DNA of 64,000 nt from Gemmatimonadota bacterium (lineage in GTDB: Bacteria > Gemmatimonadota > Gemmatimonadetes > Longimicrobiales > Gaopeijiaceae). Numbering within the stretch: the first letter of the stretch is position 1; each line of letters opens with the position of its first letter. The DNA lies in assembly GCA_022826565.1 (NCBI GenBank), contig JAJDUP010000054.1, positions 6,636-70,635 on the forward strand, given 5' to 3'. Positions 1 through 8,808 of the stretch are shown piece by piece. The position numbers were made by a program, and so were the translations under genes. The notes beneath the pieces are model-generated. The model was not told where the DNA came from, searched no databases, and saw only the letters and a list, made by a program, of their open reading frames with translations.

Positions 1-423
1 GGCGGAGAGGATCTCGATGCGCTTGCAGATACCAAAGGGTGCGAGCTTGCCAATGCCCTTCCGTCCCATCACCGAGCGCCGCTTCCGCCTGGACCGCTTG
101 CCTTGATCTGGGTCGGCCCTCCGATCCTTTCCGACCTTCAGAAAATGGCGGTTGGCCTCTCGCTCGGTGATACCGTGCCCGTCATCCGCGACCTCGATGG
201 TGTAGCCGTAGCCCTCCACCTCCCCCGTTTCCCGGTTCTTGCGCGCCAGAAGGGTCGCGAGCGGGACCCGAACCACGACGTTCTCCGCGTCCGCGTCGTA
301 CGCGTTGGCGACGAGCTCGGCGACAACCGCGCTCACCCGATCGTACAGGCGGACCCCCAGCTTATCCACCGTCATTCGGGAAATCCGCATGACGTAACGA
401 TCGGAGGTCGGGCTGTCAGTCAT
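1..423 (-). CDS. GHKL-superfamily ATPase (HATPase_c_3 / MORC-Hsp90-like), N-terminal 141 aa only; the rest lies beyond the left window edge
   Basis: Absent from the ORF track because it has no stop in the window. Reverse-strand ATG at 421-423 opens a frame that runs uninterrupted to nt 1: MTDSPTSDRYVMRISRMTVDKLGVRLYDRVSAVVAELVANAYDADAENVVVRV...IEVADDGHGIT...GRKGIGKLAPFG. This gives the N-box (ELVaNAyDA), G1 box (DDGhGI) and a GxxGxGK motif in canonical GHKL order. Confidence 0.7.
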   Translation of the reverse strand, partial: MTDSPTSDRYVMRISRMTVDKLGVRLYDRVSAVVAELVANAYDADAENVVVRVPLATLLARKNRETGEVEGYGYTIEVADDGHGITEREANRHFLKVGKDRRADPDQGKRSRRKRRSVMGRKGIGKLAPFGICKRIEILSA

Positions 424-561
424 TCGTGGATCCTGTCGGAGTGGGGCAAGCAACTGCGGCCCCCGTGAACCAAGGGCCGCCGAACGGGAATCTAGCGCAC
501 CCTGTTCCTCTGGACATCCAATCCGTCGCGGTTGGCGTTTCCTCCATGACCCGGAATGGCC

Positions 562-1743
562 TCATCTCTGGGCGCTCCCGCCTCGGGCCAAGTACTCGCT
601 CCACCTCTCCATCACCTCCCGGCGACTCTCCAGCAGGTCCGAACGCGCATAGGCAGCCTCGACCTTGTTCTTCACGACGTGGGCCAGAGCCGCCTCGGCG
701 ACCTCCCGCCGAACGCCCGTCTCCGAGCACCAATCCCGGAACGACGACCTCATTCCGTGGGGAACGCACTGGATGCCGAAGCGGCGCAGCAAGAGCGACA
801 TCGTCGATTCCCCAAGCGGCCGCAGCCGCCGACCGGGGAAGACCAAACCTTCACCGTCCCCGAGTGCCTTAGCTTGGTCTAACACCGTGAGGGCACCCGA
901 GGACAACGGCACCCGGTGCTCGCGCCCCGACTTGGTCCGGTCCTCCGGAATCGTCCAGATCGCTGCCTCCAGGTCGAACTCCGGCCACCTCGCCATACGC
1001 ACCTCGCCGCTCCGGCACGCCGTCAGGACCAGCATCTCCAACGCGAGCTTGGTGCTGGGGAGCGCGTCGGACGCGCGCACCCGTTCCAACGCCGCCGCCA
1101 CGTCGCCGTGTGGCAACGCCCGTTGGTGACGGACGCGGACGCCGTTCTTCGGCAACGCCGCGCTGATCGCGTCGCCGGCCGGGTTGTCCTCGCGGTATCC
1201 CTGCGCCACCGCCCACTTCATCACGGCCCCGATCCGTTGCCGCACAACCCGCGCCGTCACGCGCTTCCGGTTCCAGAAGTCGCTGGCGAGCAGCACGCCC
1301 ATCACGTCGGCGGTCGTGATCTCGTGGACCCGCTTGTGGCCGATCTGCGGCACAGCGTGGCGTTGCAGTGTTCCTCGCCACTGGGCTTCGTACTTGCCCC
1401 CCGACCGCCACGATGGCCGGTGAATCGCGATCACCGTCTCCACGGCCTCGGCGAATGTGGGGATGCCACCCGAGCGCGGATCGCGGCCCTGAGCGACCGT
1501 CCGCCGGTTCGTCAATGCCTTCTCCCGGGCCTCCGCCAGCGTCACAACCGGATAGGCACCGAGACCGACGTTGACGGGGTGCCCATGAATCCGCAGTCTT
1601 TGGCTCCACGTCTTGGATAGGCGTCCGGTCGTGGTCGGCTTCACGAGCAGGGACAGCCCGAAGCCGCCTCGACCGTCGCCGTAGCGACCGGGCCGTTTCA
1701 CGGTCTTCACGAAGGCGGCGCTGAGCTTCTTGGGACGCTTCAC
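562..1743 (-). CDS. int: tyrosine recombinase / phage-type integrase (P4-like, DUF4102-type arm-binding N-terminus)
   Basis: 393 aa, GTG start. N-terminus KLSAAFVKTVKRPGRYGDGRGGFGLSLLVKPTTTGRLSKTW. Catalytic signature in order: R (TACRSGEVRMARW), HxxR (HGMRSSFRDW), Y (VEAAYARSD). Confidence 0.9.
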   Translation of the reverse strand: MKRPKKLSAAFVKTVKRPGRYGDGRGGFGLSLLVKPTTTGRLSKTWSQRLRIHGHPVNVGLGAYPVVTLAEAREKALTNRRTVAQGRDPRSGGIPTFAEAVETVIAIHRPSWRSGGKYEAQWRGTLQRHAVPQIGHKRVHEITTADVMGVLLASDFWNRKRVTARVVRQRIGAVMKWAVAQGYREDNPAGDAISAALPKNGVRVRHQRALPHGDVAAALERVRASDALPSTKLALEMLVLTACRSGEVRMARWPEFDLEAAIWTIPEDRTKSGREHRVPLSSGALTVLDQAKALGDGEGLVFPGRRLRPLGESTMSLLLRRFGIQCVPHGMRSSFRDWCSETGVRREVAEAALAHVVKNKVEAAYARSDLLESRREVMERWSEYLARGGSAQR

Positions 1744-1945
1744 GAATTACCCTTCCAGTTATCACAAAATGACCGATACTAAACGATACAGCATGCAGCC
1801 TGCCGGGACAAGGGATCGGTGCGAGATGTCTTCACCGGAGTCCGCATTGATTCCGATAAGATACGCTATAACAATATTTTATCTACATCGCACCGGACCC
1901 CACTGGATCCCTTCGGACCTCGTGAGCTGAGCACGCCCGAATCCT

Positions 1946-2980
1946 ATGTACACCACATGCATGTTCTGCCGCAAGCCCCTGGGAGCCAACGCGGTCGTCG
2001 AGTCGTTCCCCATCGGGCGCCGACTTGCCTTCGACGCCGCCCGGGGGCGCCTGTGGGTGGTCTGCACGAAGTGCGAGCGATGGAACCTGACGCCGCTGGA
2101 GGAGCGCTGGGAGGCGGTTGAGGATTGCGAGCGCATCTTTCGCGGCACGCGGATTCGCGTTTCGACCGACAACATCGGCCTCGCGCGGCACCCCGAGGGG
2201 CTGACGCTGGTTCGGATCGGCGAGCCGATGCGCCCGGAGTTTGCCGCGTGGCGTTATGGGGACCAGTTCGGGCGGAGGAGGAAACGGCAGATCCTGTATG
2301 GCGCGGCCGGCGCGGTGGTGGTCGGTGGCGTGCTGATCGGGGGAATGGCTACGGGTGCCATCAGTGCGTTCATGGCGTCCCAAATCCCCAACTGGGTGAA
2401 CATATGGAGGAATGCTCGCACCCTGGTGAAACTGCATCCCGACGACGGCAAGGTGATCAAGCTGAAGCAGCCTGACTTGCAGGGAACCCGGTTGCGCTCC
2501 GCTGGCGACGAGCTCGGCTTCAGAATCCAGATCAGGAAGGGGAAGAAGACGACCTGGCATGAAGGCGAGGAAGCGAGGCGGTTCGCCAGCACGATCCTGC
2601 CCAGGATCAACGTTGCGGGCGGCAAGAAGGACACGGTGCAGCGCGCAGTCCAGAAGATCGAGCACGTGGGGCACCCCGACCGCTTCCTCATCGACGTCGC
2701 CGGGCGAAACGCCTACGAGGACAAGAAGGGCGTGCCCGGCTACATCGACAAGATGCCCAAGACCACCAGGCTCGCCCTGGAGATGGCGCTCCACGAGGAA
2801 CAGGAGCGGCGGGCGCTCGAGGGGGAGCTCTGGCTGCTGGAGCGCGCGTGGGTCGAAGCGGAGGAGATCGCCGAGATCTCGGACAGTCTCCTGTTGCCGG
2901 AGAACGCGGACGAGTTCCTTAGCCGACATCGGGGGGAGGAGCCCGCGCCGGTCAATCGCGGTTCGGGCTCCGCGCGCTGA
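1946..2980 (+). CDS. hypothetical zinc-ribbon membrane protein
   Basis: 344 aa, ATG start after a low-GC spacer. N-terminal CxxC...CxxC ribbon (CMFCRK...CTKCERW), one Gly-rich TM segment (ILYGAAGAVVVGGVLIGGMATGAISAF), acidic helical C-terminus. Function unknown. Confidence 0.55.
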   Translation: MYTTCMFCRKPLGANAVVESFPIGRRLAFDAARGRLWVVCTKCERWNLTPLEERWEAVEDCERIFRGTRIRVSTDNIGLARHPEGLTLVRIGEPMRPEFAAWRYGDQFGRRRKRQILYGAAGAVVVGGVLIGGMATGAISAFMASQIPNWVNIWRNARTLVKLHPDDGKVIKLKQPDLQGTRLRSAGDELGFRIQIRKGKKTTWHEGEEARRFASTILPRINVAGGKKDTVQRAVQKIEHVGHPDRFLIDVAGRNAYEDKKGVPGYIDKMPKTTRLALEMALHEEQERRALEGELWLLERAWVEAEEIAEISDSLLLPENADEFLSRHRGEEPAPVNRGSGSAR

Positions 2981-3081
2981 ACCCGCCGTCCAAGGCAACT
3001 CCTGGCTGGCGAGTCCAGTCGGGAGTCGACCCGCCTACCCCACCGGCTGCCCCCGCGATACCTGAGCGCGGAGTGTTTTCC

Positions 3082-5877
3082 CTACCAGCGATATCCCATC
3101 TTCACATAGTAGAACCCGCCGCTCGCTCCGAAGGGCGTCGCCGGGCTGTACAGGTTGCCCGCAACGGCAGCGGCGTTCGGGTTCTCCTCCGGGTACTGGT
3201 TCAGCGCGTTCTGCCCGCCGATCGTGAGCGTGGTCGACTCGTTCACCACGTACCTCGCCTCCAGGTCGACCAGGTACTCACCAGGGTAGTCGCGGTCGTC
3301 GCGGGAGTCGAACCACCCTGCGTAGTAGCTCAGCCGCGCCAGCGCCGAAACGCCGCCCCAGGCGCGTCGGCCCGATGCCGTCCAGCGCGTCCCGGGCAGA
3401 GCATCCTCGAGCTGGCGTATGCGGACCTCGCTGAGAACTTCGGGGTCGTGACGGGTCACCGCCGTGCTCGTGTGGTTGAAGGCCAGGCTGAACTCGGTGT
3501 CGGTCATCGCTTCGGGCGCGAACGACGCCACCACGTCGACGCCCTGGGTGCGCGTGTCGAAGTTGTTGGTAAAGAAGCGGAAGTTGGCCAGGTTCCTTGC
3601 GCTCGTGATCCCCTCCGAGATCAGCCGCTCGGCCTCCGCCGCGTCGAGCGCGAAGACCTTGCTTAGCGCCAGCCGGTCCGACAGCGCGATCCGGAAGTAG
3701 TCCGCCGAGGCCGTGAACACACCGGCGTCGACGACGAACCCCAGGCTGGTGTTCAGTGATTTCTCGGCGTCGAGAGGCTTGCCCCCCTTGATCTCGGCGA
3801 CCCTGGAGGTCGAGGGAATGGTCCCGTTGTTGACCAGCTCCCGCAGCGTGCGGTCGAACTGCGTGGAGACGTTGAAGGCGTTCTGCTGGCCGGGCGTCGG
3901 TGCGCGGAAGCCGGTGCTCGCGCTGCTGCGGACCGCGAAGGCGTCCGACAGGCCGTAGCGGGCGGCCACCTTCCAGTTCACCGTTGTGCCGAAGTCCTCG
4001 AAGCGCTCGCCGCGCAGCGCGGTACCGACCGTCCAGCGATCGTCACGGGCGCGGACCTCCAGGTCCCCATAGGCCGCGAAGTTGGTCCGGTGCCAGTCTC
4101 CCGCGGCGATGTCGCTGAAGCCCGGGAAGCCGTTCGAACCGGCGCTGAAGCCCTGCGCCGCAAAGGGACCGATTCGCCACGAGTCCGTCTCTCCGATCCC
4201 GATCTCGAAGTGCTCGTCGCGGAACTCGGCGCCGCCGGCGACGTTGACCATGTCGGTGACGGTGTAGTTGAGGTCGACGTTCAGGTTCACCTCGGATTGC
4301 TGGTAGATCCCCGGGTCGAAACGCGACGGCGACGCGGGTCCCAGGGACGCGTTGACCGTGTTCTCGATGAAGAAGTCGATCGCGTTGCGGCCGAAGCTGG
4401 CGCTGACGTCCCAGAGCAGACCGTCAGGGGTGTGGCCCCGGACGCCCGCCACGACGGACGCGTCCATCACATCCCCCCCAAATTGGGGGGTAAACCCCCC
4501 TGGGAAGGGCTCCTGGAAGGTGAAGCAGTTGGGGTCTGCCCGCACGCGGGCCAGCGCGTCCGGATCGGGCAGCCAGTTGGTGATCGTGACTACCGGGCAG
4601 CCGGCGGAGCCGTCCAGCACCCCGTCCTGGGCGTCGAGGACGTCTCCGACGAGCAGGGTCTTGCCGCCGTCGAGGCTGAACACGCCCGCGCGGGTGTTGG
4701 GGTTCCGGAAGAAAAACCCGCCCGTCACGGTCTCGCTCGCGTAGTTGGCGTGCCCGTAGAGCTGCAGGCCATCGCCCAGGAAGCGCCCGAAGTTGCCCCA
4801 CAGCTTGAGGTCATTGTCGATGGTGGGCGCGCCGTGGATCTGGGCGGGGTCCTTCACGTGCGTGTTTCCCGCGGCGATCAGCGCGGCCGCGTCGTCCCGC
4901 TGCACGCTGCGGCTGGTCGGATTCGAGGCCCCGAATTCGGCGCTCAGGTTGGCGAATCCACCCTCGCCGAGCGGCAGTCCGATGTTGCCGGCAACGCCGT
5001 ATGACTCGCCGTCACCCTCCCAGAAGGTCCCCGTGCGGACCTCCACGCTGCCGCCCGACGGTGCGTCCTTGAGCGTGAAGTTCATGACCCCGGCGATGGC
5101 GTCGGAGCCGTACTGCGCCGACGCGCCATCCCGAAGTACCTCGCCCTGGCGCACCGCGATCGCGGGAATCGAGGAAATGTCGGGGCCCTGGGCGCCGTCG
5201 GCGAAACCACCCCCGATCCAGGTGATCACCGCCGCGCGGTGGCGCCGCTTGCCGTTGACGAGCACGAGGGTGTGATCGGGGGCCAGTCCGCGCAGACTCG
5301 CGGGCCGTATGATCCGGGCCGCGTCTCCCGTGGCCTGGGGGTTGACGTTAAAGGACGGGATGACCGTGCGGAGCAGGTCGTTCAGGTCCGTGTCGCCCTG
5401 TTCGATGAAATCCTGAGAGGCGATCGCGTCGATCGGCACAGCCGATTGCGTGACCGTGCGCGGCCGGGCGCGGCTGCCGATGGCTACAAGGCCTTCGAGG
5501 GCGACGGCGGTCTCGTGCAGTTCCAGGTCGAGGTGGAGGGTCTGGCCAGCGGCCAGGGTGACTTCCCGCGCCTCCGCCGCGAAACCGATCAGCGTGATCT
5601 CGACGGCGTGGGTGCCGGGCGGAACGTCGCCGACTTCGTAGTGTCCGCCCGGATCAGTGATCCCGCCGAGGCCGAGCGCGGGCAGACTGACCTGAGCCCC
5701 CGCGAGCGGTTCGCCCGATGCTGCGTGGCGGATCGTGCCTTCGAGGGTTGCCTGTGCCGACGCCGGCCCCGGGTTCCACCAGAGGAACACGAGGGCTGCA
5801 AGAGTGTATTCGATACATCGGGCTCTCCGAACCCTGCCAGGTGTGTTCGGGCCCATTCCGTGCAATCGACCGGCCAT
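3082..5877 (-). CDS. TonB-dependent receptor with CarboxypepD_reg-like N-domain
   Basis: 931 aa. Signal peptide ending ASAQA; carboxypeptidase-regulatory-like domain (GTIRHAASGEPLAGAQVSLP...GTHAVEITLIGF); plug (VTQSAVPIDAIASQDF...RGLAPDHTLVLVNGKRR); long barrel ending in an aromatic residue (...FYYVKMGYRW). Confidence 0.9.
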   Translation of the reverse strand: MAGRLHGMGPNTPGRVRRARCIEYTLAALVFLWWNPGPASAQATLEGTIRHAASGEPLAGAQVSLPALGLGGITDPGGHYEVGDVPPGTHAVEITLIGFAAEAREVTLAAGQTLHLDLELHETAVALEGLVAIGSRARPRTVTQSAVPIDAIASQDFIEQGDTDLNDLLRTVIPSFNVNPQATGDAARIIRPASLRGLAPDHTLVLVNGKRRHRAAVITWIGGGFADGAQGPDISSIPAIAVRQGEVLRDGASAQYGSDAIAGVMNFTLKDAPSGGSVEVRTGTFWEGDGESYGVAGNIGLPLGEGGFANLSAEFGASNPTSRSVQRDDAAALIAAGNTHVKDPAQIHGAPTIDNDLKLWGNFGRFLGDGLQLYGHANYASETVTGGFFFRNPNTRAGVFSLDGGKTLLVGDVLDAQDGVLDGSAGCPVVTITNWLPDPDALARVRADPNCFTFQEPFPGGFTPQFGGDVMDASVVAGVRGHTPDGLLWDVSASFGRNAIDFFIENTVNASLGPASPSRFDPGIYQQSEVNLNVDLNYTVTDMVNVAGGAEFRDEHFEIGIGETDSWRIGPFAAQGFSAGSNGFPGFSDIAAGDWHRTNFAAYGDLEVRARDDRWTVGTALRGERFEDFGTTVNWKVAARYGLSDAFAVRSSASTGFRAPTPGQQNAFNVSTQFDRTLRELVNNGTIPSTSRVAEIKGGKPLDAEKSLNTSLGFVVDAGVFTASADYFRIALSDRLALSKVFALDAAEAERLISEGITSARNLANFRFFTNNFDTRTQGVDVVASFAPEAMTDTEFSLAFNHTSTAVTRHDPEVLSEVRIRQLEDALPGTRWTASGRRAWGGVSALARLSYYAGWFDSRDDRDYPGEYLVDLEARYVVNESTTLTIGGQNALNQYPEENPNAAAVAGNLYSPATPFGASGGFYYVKMGYRW

Positions 5878-5966
5878 TCAATGTCTCCGCGGTCATAGTC
5901 GGGTACTGCGCATATTCGGCGTATCATCACCGCAATCCGCTACCGTCGCAACAGCAGGGAAGAGAG

Positions 5967-7256
5967 ATGTCGCACCAGATGATCCGAGTCCCGTCCGGTT
6001 GCCGAGTGGCCCCGTGGTCCCGGTCTCCCCTCGTTCCAAAGGCCTGCCGGTCGGCCTCCTCTATACGGGGCCGGGCAGACATGGGAGTCTCCCTTGGGCT
6101 CCTCCTGGCGTCGCTGGCCGCTGGCGGCTGCCTGGGTGACCCGGGCTCGGACCCCTTCGGCAGCGAACCCTGGATCGTGACCGGCCCGGAGCCGAGGATC
6201 GGGTCGCTGGACGATCCCGAGTACATCTTCGGCCAGGTCGGTAATGTCTTGCCTGGTCCGGACGGCTTCATCTACTCCGTTCACCTTGGTGAGGGCGCTG
6301 TGCGCCGCTGGAGCGCCGACGGAACACCTGCGGGCTCGGTGGGCCGCCGGGGTGAGGGGCCGGGCGAATTCCTCCAGCCCGGACGGATCGGATTCTTCGG
6401 TGATTCCCTGTGGATCATGGATTCACGGAGCTATCGAGTCGGCTACTTCGATCCAAGTGGCACGTGGTTGGGAACGGCGTCGCCCAGGGTCGGCATCGAG
6501 GGTCCCGGCGGAGCTTCGCTTCGCCCGTCGGCTCCGCTGCGCGACGGGACCTTCACGGCCCAGGCAAGTACTCCCTTGCACCTGGTCGCCACCGGCCAGT
6601 TGACCGAGGGTCCATTCGTTCGAATCGACACGGCCGGCAACGTTCTGGCGTCCATCTGGAACCGGCGCCACGAACCACGCGACATACTGGCGCTCATGGG
6701 TAGCGACGGCTTCAGCGGCACGTTCTCGGGCCAGCCCTTCGTCGACAGTCCGTTGTCGATCACACGGGAACGTGGCGTTTTCGTGGTCGACCGCAGGGCC
6801 TGGACCGGTGCTGGCCAGGCCGCGGTGAAGGTCACCCTGATTGGATTCGAGGGAGACACCCTGTTCACCAGCGACATTCCCTATACGCCGTCGCCGCTGC
6901 CCTCGGACCGCGTGGATTCGGCCGTCCGGGCCATCGCCGAGCGTATGAGCCGCTTCTCCGAGGGCAGAATCCGCGAGGCCGTCTACCACCCTTCCCACGT
7001 ACCACCGATCGGCGGGGTTTCCGCAGGCAGCGACGGCACGATCTGGTTGCGACGCTTCGATCCCGTGGAAACCGAGACCGGAGACCGGATGGTCGAGTGG
7101 TGGATCCTCGATGCGGGCGGCGAACCGCTGGCGCGGGCGCTCACGCCGCTGAATCTTCGGGTGAGGGCCATTGACTCCGACGCCATGTGGGGCGTCGAGA
7201 GCGACGAATTGGGGGTGCAGTACATTGTCCGCTATCGGCTCGTGAAGGGCGGGTAG
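5967..7256 (+). CDS. beta-propeller (NHL / 6-bladed type) lipoprotein
   Basis: The track ORF starts at 5718 but its first codons overlap the divergent receptor gene. ATG 5967 is preceded by GGGAAGAGAG; ATG 6081 (MGVSLGLLLASLAAGGC lipobox) is an alternative start. RRGEGPGEFLQPGRIGFFGDSLWIMD-type blades are typical of 6-bladed beta-propeller lipoproteins. Confidence 0.6.
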   Translation: MSHQMIRVPSGCRVAPWSRSPLVPKACRSASSIRGRADMGVSLGLLLASLAAGGCLGDPGSDPFGSEPWIVTGPEPRIGSLDDPEYIFGQVGNVLPGPDGFIYSVHLGEGAVRRWSADGTPAGSVGRRGEGPGEFLQPGRIGFFGDSLWIMDSRSYRVGYFDPSGTWLGTASPRVGIEGPGGASLRPSAPLRDGTFTAQASTPLHLVATGQLTEGPFVRIDTAGNVLASIWNRRHEPRDILALMGSDGFSGTFSGQPFVDSPLSITRERGVFVVDRRAWTGAGQAAVKVTLIGFEGDTLFTSDIPYTPSPLPSDRVDSAVRAIAERMSRFSEGRIREAVYHPSHVPPIGGVSAGSDGTIWLRRFDPVETETGDRMVEWWILDAGGEPLARALTPLNLRVRAIDSDAMWGVESDELGVQYIVRYRLVKGG

Positions 7257-7370
7257 CCGTCGTCACAGCGGCCCGCTTGCAATAGCTGTTCCGCGTCGTC
7301 ATCCTGACTCGTCGAGTCTGGAGGCCCGCGCCGCCAGGCCAGCGAATCCTGTCGGAAAGGCTATAAAGCG

Positions 7371-8801
7371 ATGACACGGCGAACCTCCATCGGGCTGGCC
7401 GCTCTGGCCGCCCTTTCGACCACCCTGACTACCGCCTGCGTCCCGTCATCGGGCACGCTCGGCGGCCCCGCCAACCCCGAAGTCGACGCCATCTTCGCCG
7501 ACCTCGAGGGCGACCGCCCCGGCGCTGCCGTGGCCGTCACACTCGGCGGAGAGGTCGTCCACCGCGCCGGCTACGGCACCGCGCACCTCGACCACGGCAT
7601 CCCCATCACGCCGGAGACGGTCTTCGACATCGCGTCGATCTCCAAGCAGTTCGGCGCCATGGCCGCCCTCCTCCTCGAAGCCGAAGGCGGGCTCGACCTC
7701 GACGCGGACGTGCGCACCTTCGTGCCCGAGGCCCCCGATTTCGGCGAGGTCATCACCGCCCGCCACCTCATCCACCACACGAGCGGAATCCGCGACTGGC
7801 CGCACGCGATGATGCTGGCCGGCATCACCTACACCGACGTCATCTCCTTCGAGAAGATCCTGCGGATGCTCTACCGGCAGCAGGCGATCAACTTCACGCC
7901 CGGCTCGGAGTACGCGTACTCCAACACCGGCTACAACCTCCTGGCGCGCGTCGTCGAGGTGCAGTCCGGCATGAGCTTCCGCGAGTACACGGATTCGCGG
8001 ATCTTCGAGCCGCTGGGGATGACGCGGACGCATTTTTCGGATGACTACCTCGAGGTCGTCCCGGGCCGGGCCGAATCGTACAGTCCGATCGCCGACGGCG
8101 GCGGCTTCCAGCGCCAGCCCAATCAGCTCACCGCGCTGGCCTCCTCGTCGCTCCACACCAACATCGACGACTTCATCCGCTGGATGCGCAACTACGAGAC
8201 GGGCCAGGTCGGCGGCGACGCGATGCTCGCGACGATGGTCCAGCCCGGCGTCCTCAACGACGGCGAAGTCCTGGGCTACGCCCATGGGCTCAGCGTCGCG
8301 GACTACCGCGGCCTCCCGACCTTCGGACACGGCGGCTCGTGGGCCGGCTACCGCACCAACTTCGTGCGCTTCCCGGATCAGGATCTGTCGGTCGTCGTCT
8401 TCTGCAACGTGTCGGACTGCGACCCCGCGGGAAGGGCCCGCCAAGTGGCGGAGGTCTTCATCGGCGACCGGATGGCGGAGGCGCCCGAACCCCCGGCGCC
8501 TGAAGAAGAGCCCGAGCACCCGCCGCTCACGGAAGCGCAGGCGCGCCAGTACACCGGGTCCTACCGCAGCCCGGAGCTGGACTCCACCTACGACATCGTG
8601 ATCGATCACGAGGGGCGGCTGGTCGCCGAGCACTGGCGCAACGACCCGCAGATCCTCACTCCGACGGGCGATGACACCTTCGTCGGCAATCCGCGGATCT
8701 TCCCCGAGCTCCGCTTCGTGCGGGACGGGTCGGGAGGGATTACCGCTTTCACCGTCACCGGCGTGCGCGTGCGCGATCTGATCTTCGAGCGACAGGGTTG
8801 A
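7371..8801 (+). CDS. serine hydrolase, beta-lactamase/transpeptidase-like family, lipoprotein
   Basis: 476 aa. Lipoprotein signal (TTLTTAC), SxxK nucleophile motif SISKQF, YxN motif YSNTGY, third-box region HGGSWAGY. Confidence 0.85.
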   Translation: MTRRTSIGLAALAALSTTLTTACVPSSGTLGGPANPEVDAIFADLEGDRPGAAVAVTLGGEVVHRAGYGTAHLDHGIPITPETVFDIASISKQFGAMAALLLEAEGGLDLDADVRTFVPEAPDFGEVITARHLIHHTSGIRDWPHAMMLAGITYTDVISFEKILRMLYRQQAINFTPGSEYAYSNTGYNLLARVVEVQSGMSFREYTDSRIFEPLGMTRTHFSDDYLEVVPGRAESYSPIADGGGFQRQPNQLTALASSSLHTNIDDFIRWMRNYETGQVGGDAMLATMVQPGVLNDGEVLGYAHGLSVADYRGLPTFGHGGSWAGYRTNFVRFPDQDLSVVVFCNVSDCDPAGRARQVAEVFIGDRMAEAPEPPAPEEEPEHPPLTEAQARQYTGSYRSPELDSTYDIVIDHEGRLVAEHWRNDPQILTPTGDDTFVGNPRIFPELRFVRDGSGGITAFTVTGVRVRDLIFERQG

Positions 8802-8808
8802 CGCGCCC

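Noticed and set aside
103-468. 121-aa + strand ORF at the left edge
   Set aside because: It has no recognisable motifs. The opposite strand carries an open frame with clear GHKL ATPase boxes, so this is taken as an antisense artefact.
1744-1945. Searched for a tRNA, tmRNA or att repeat immediately upstream of the integrase
   Set aside because: No GTTCGAATC-type T-arm or cloverleaf could be folded, and no repeat of this segment occurs elsewhere in the window. It is kept only as a low-GC junction in a finding.
5878-5966. Cobalamin or other riboswitch, or Fur-type box, upstream of the TonB-dependent receptor
   Set aside because: The region is too short (89 nt), has no B12-box-like GCCACTG element and no obvious palindromic operator.
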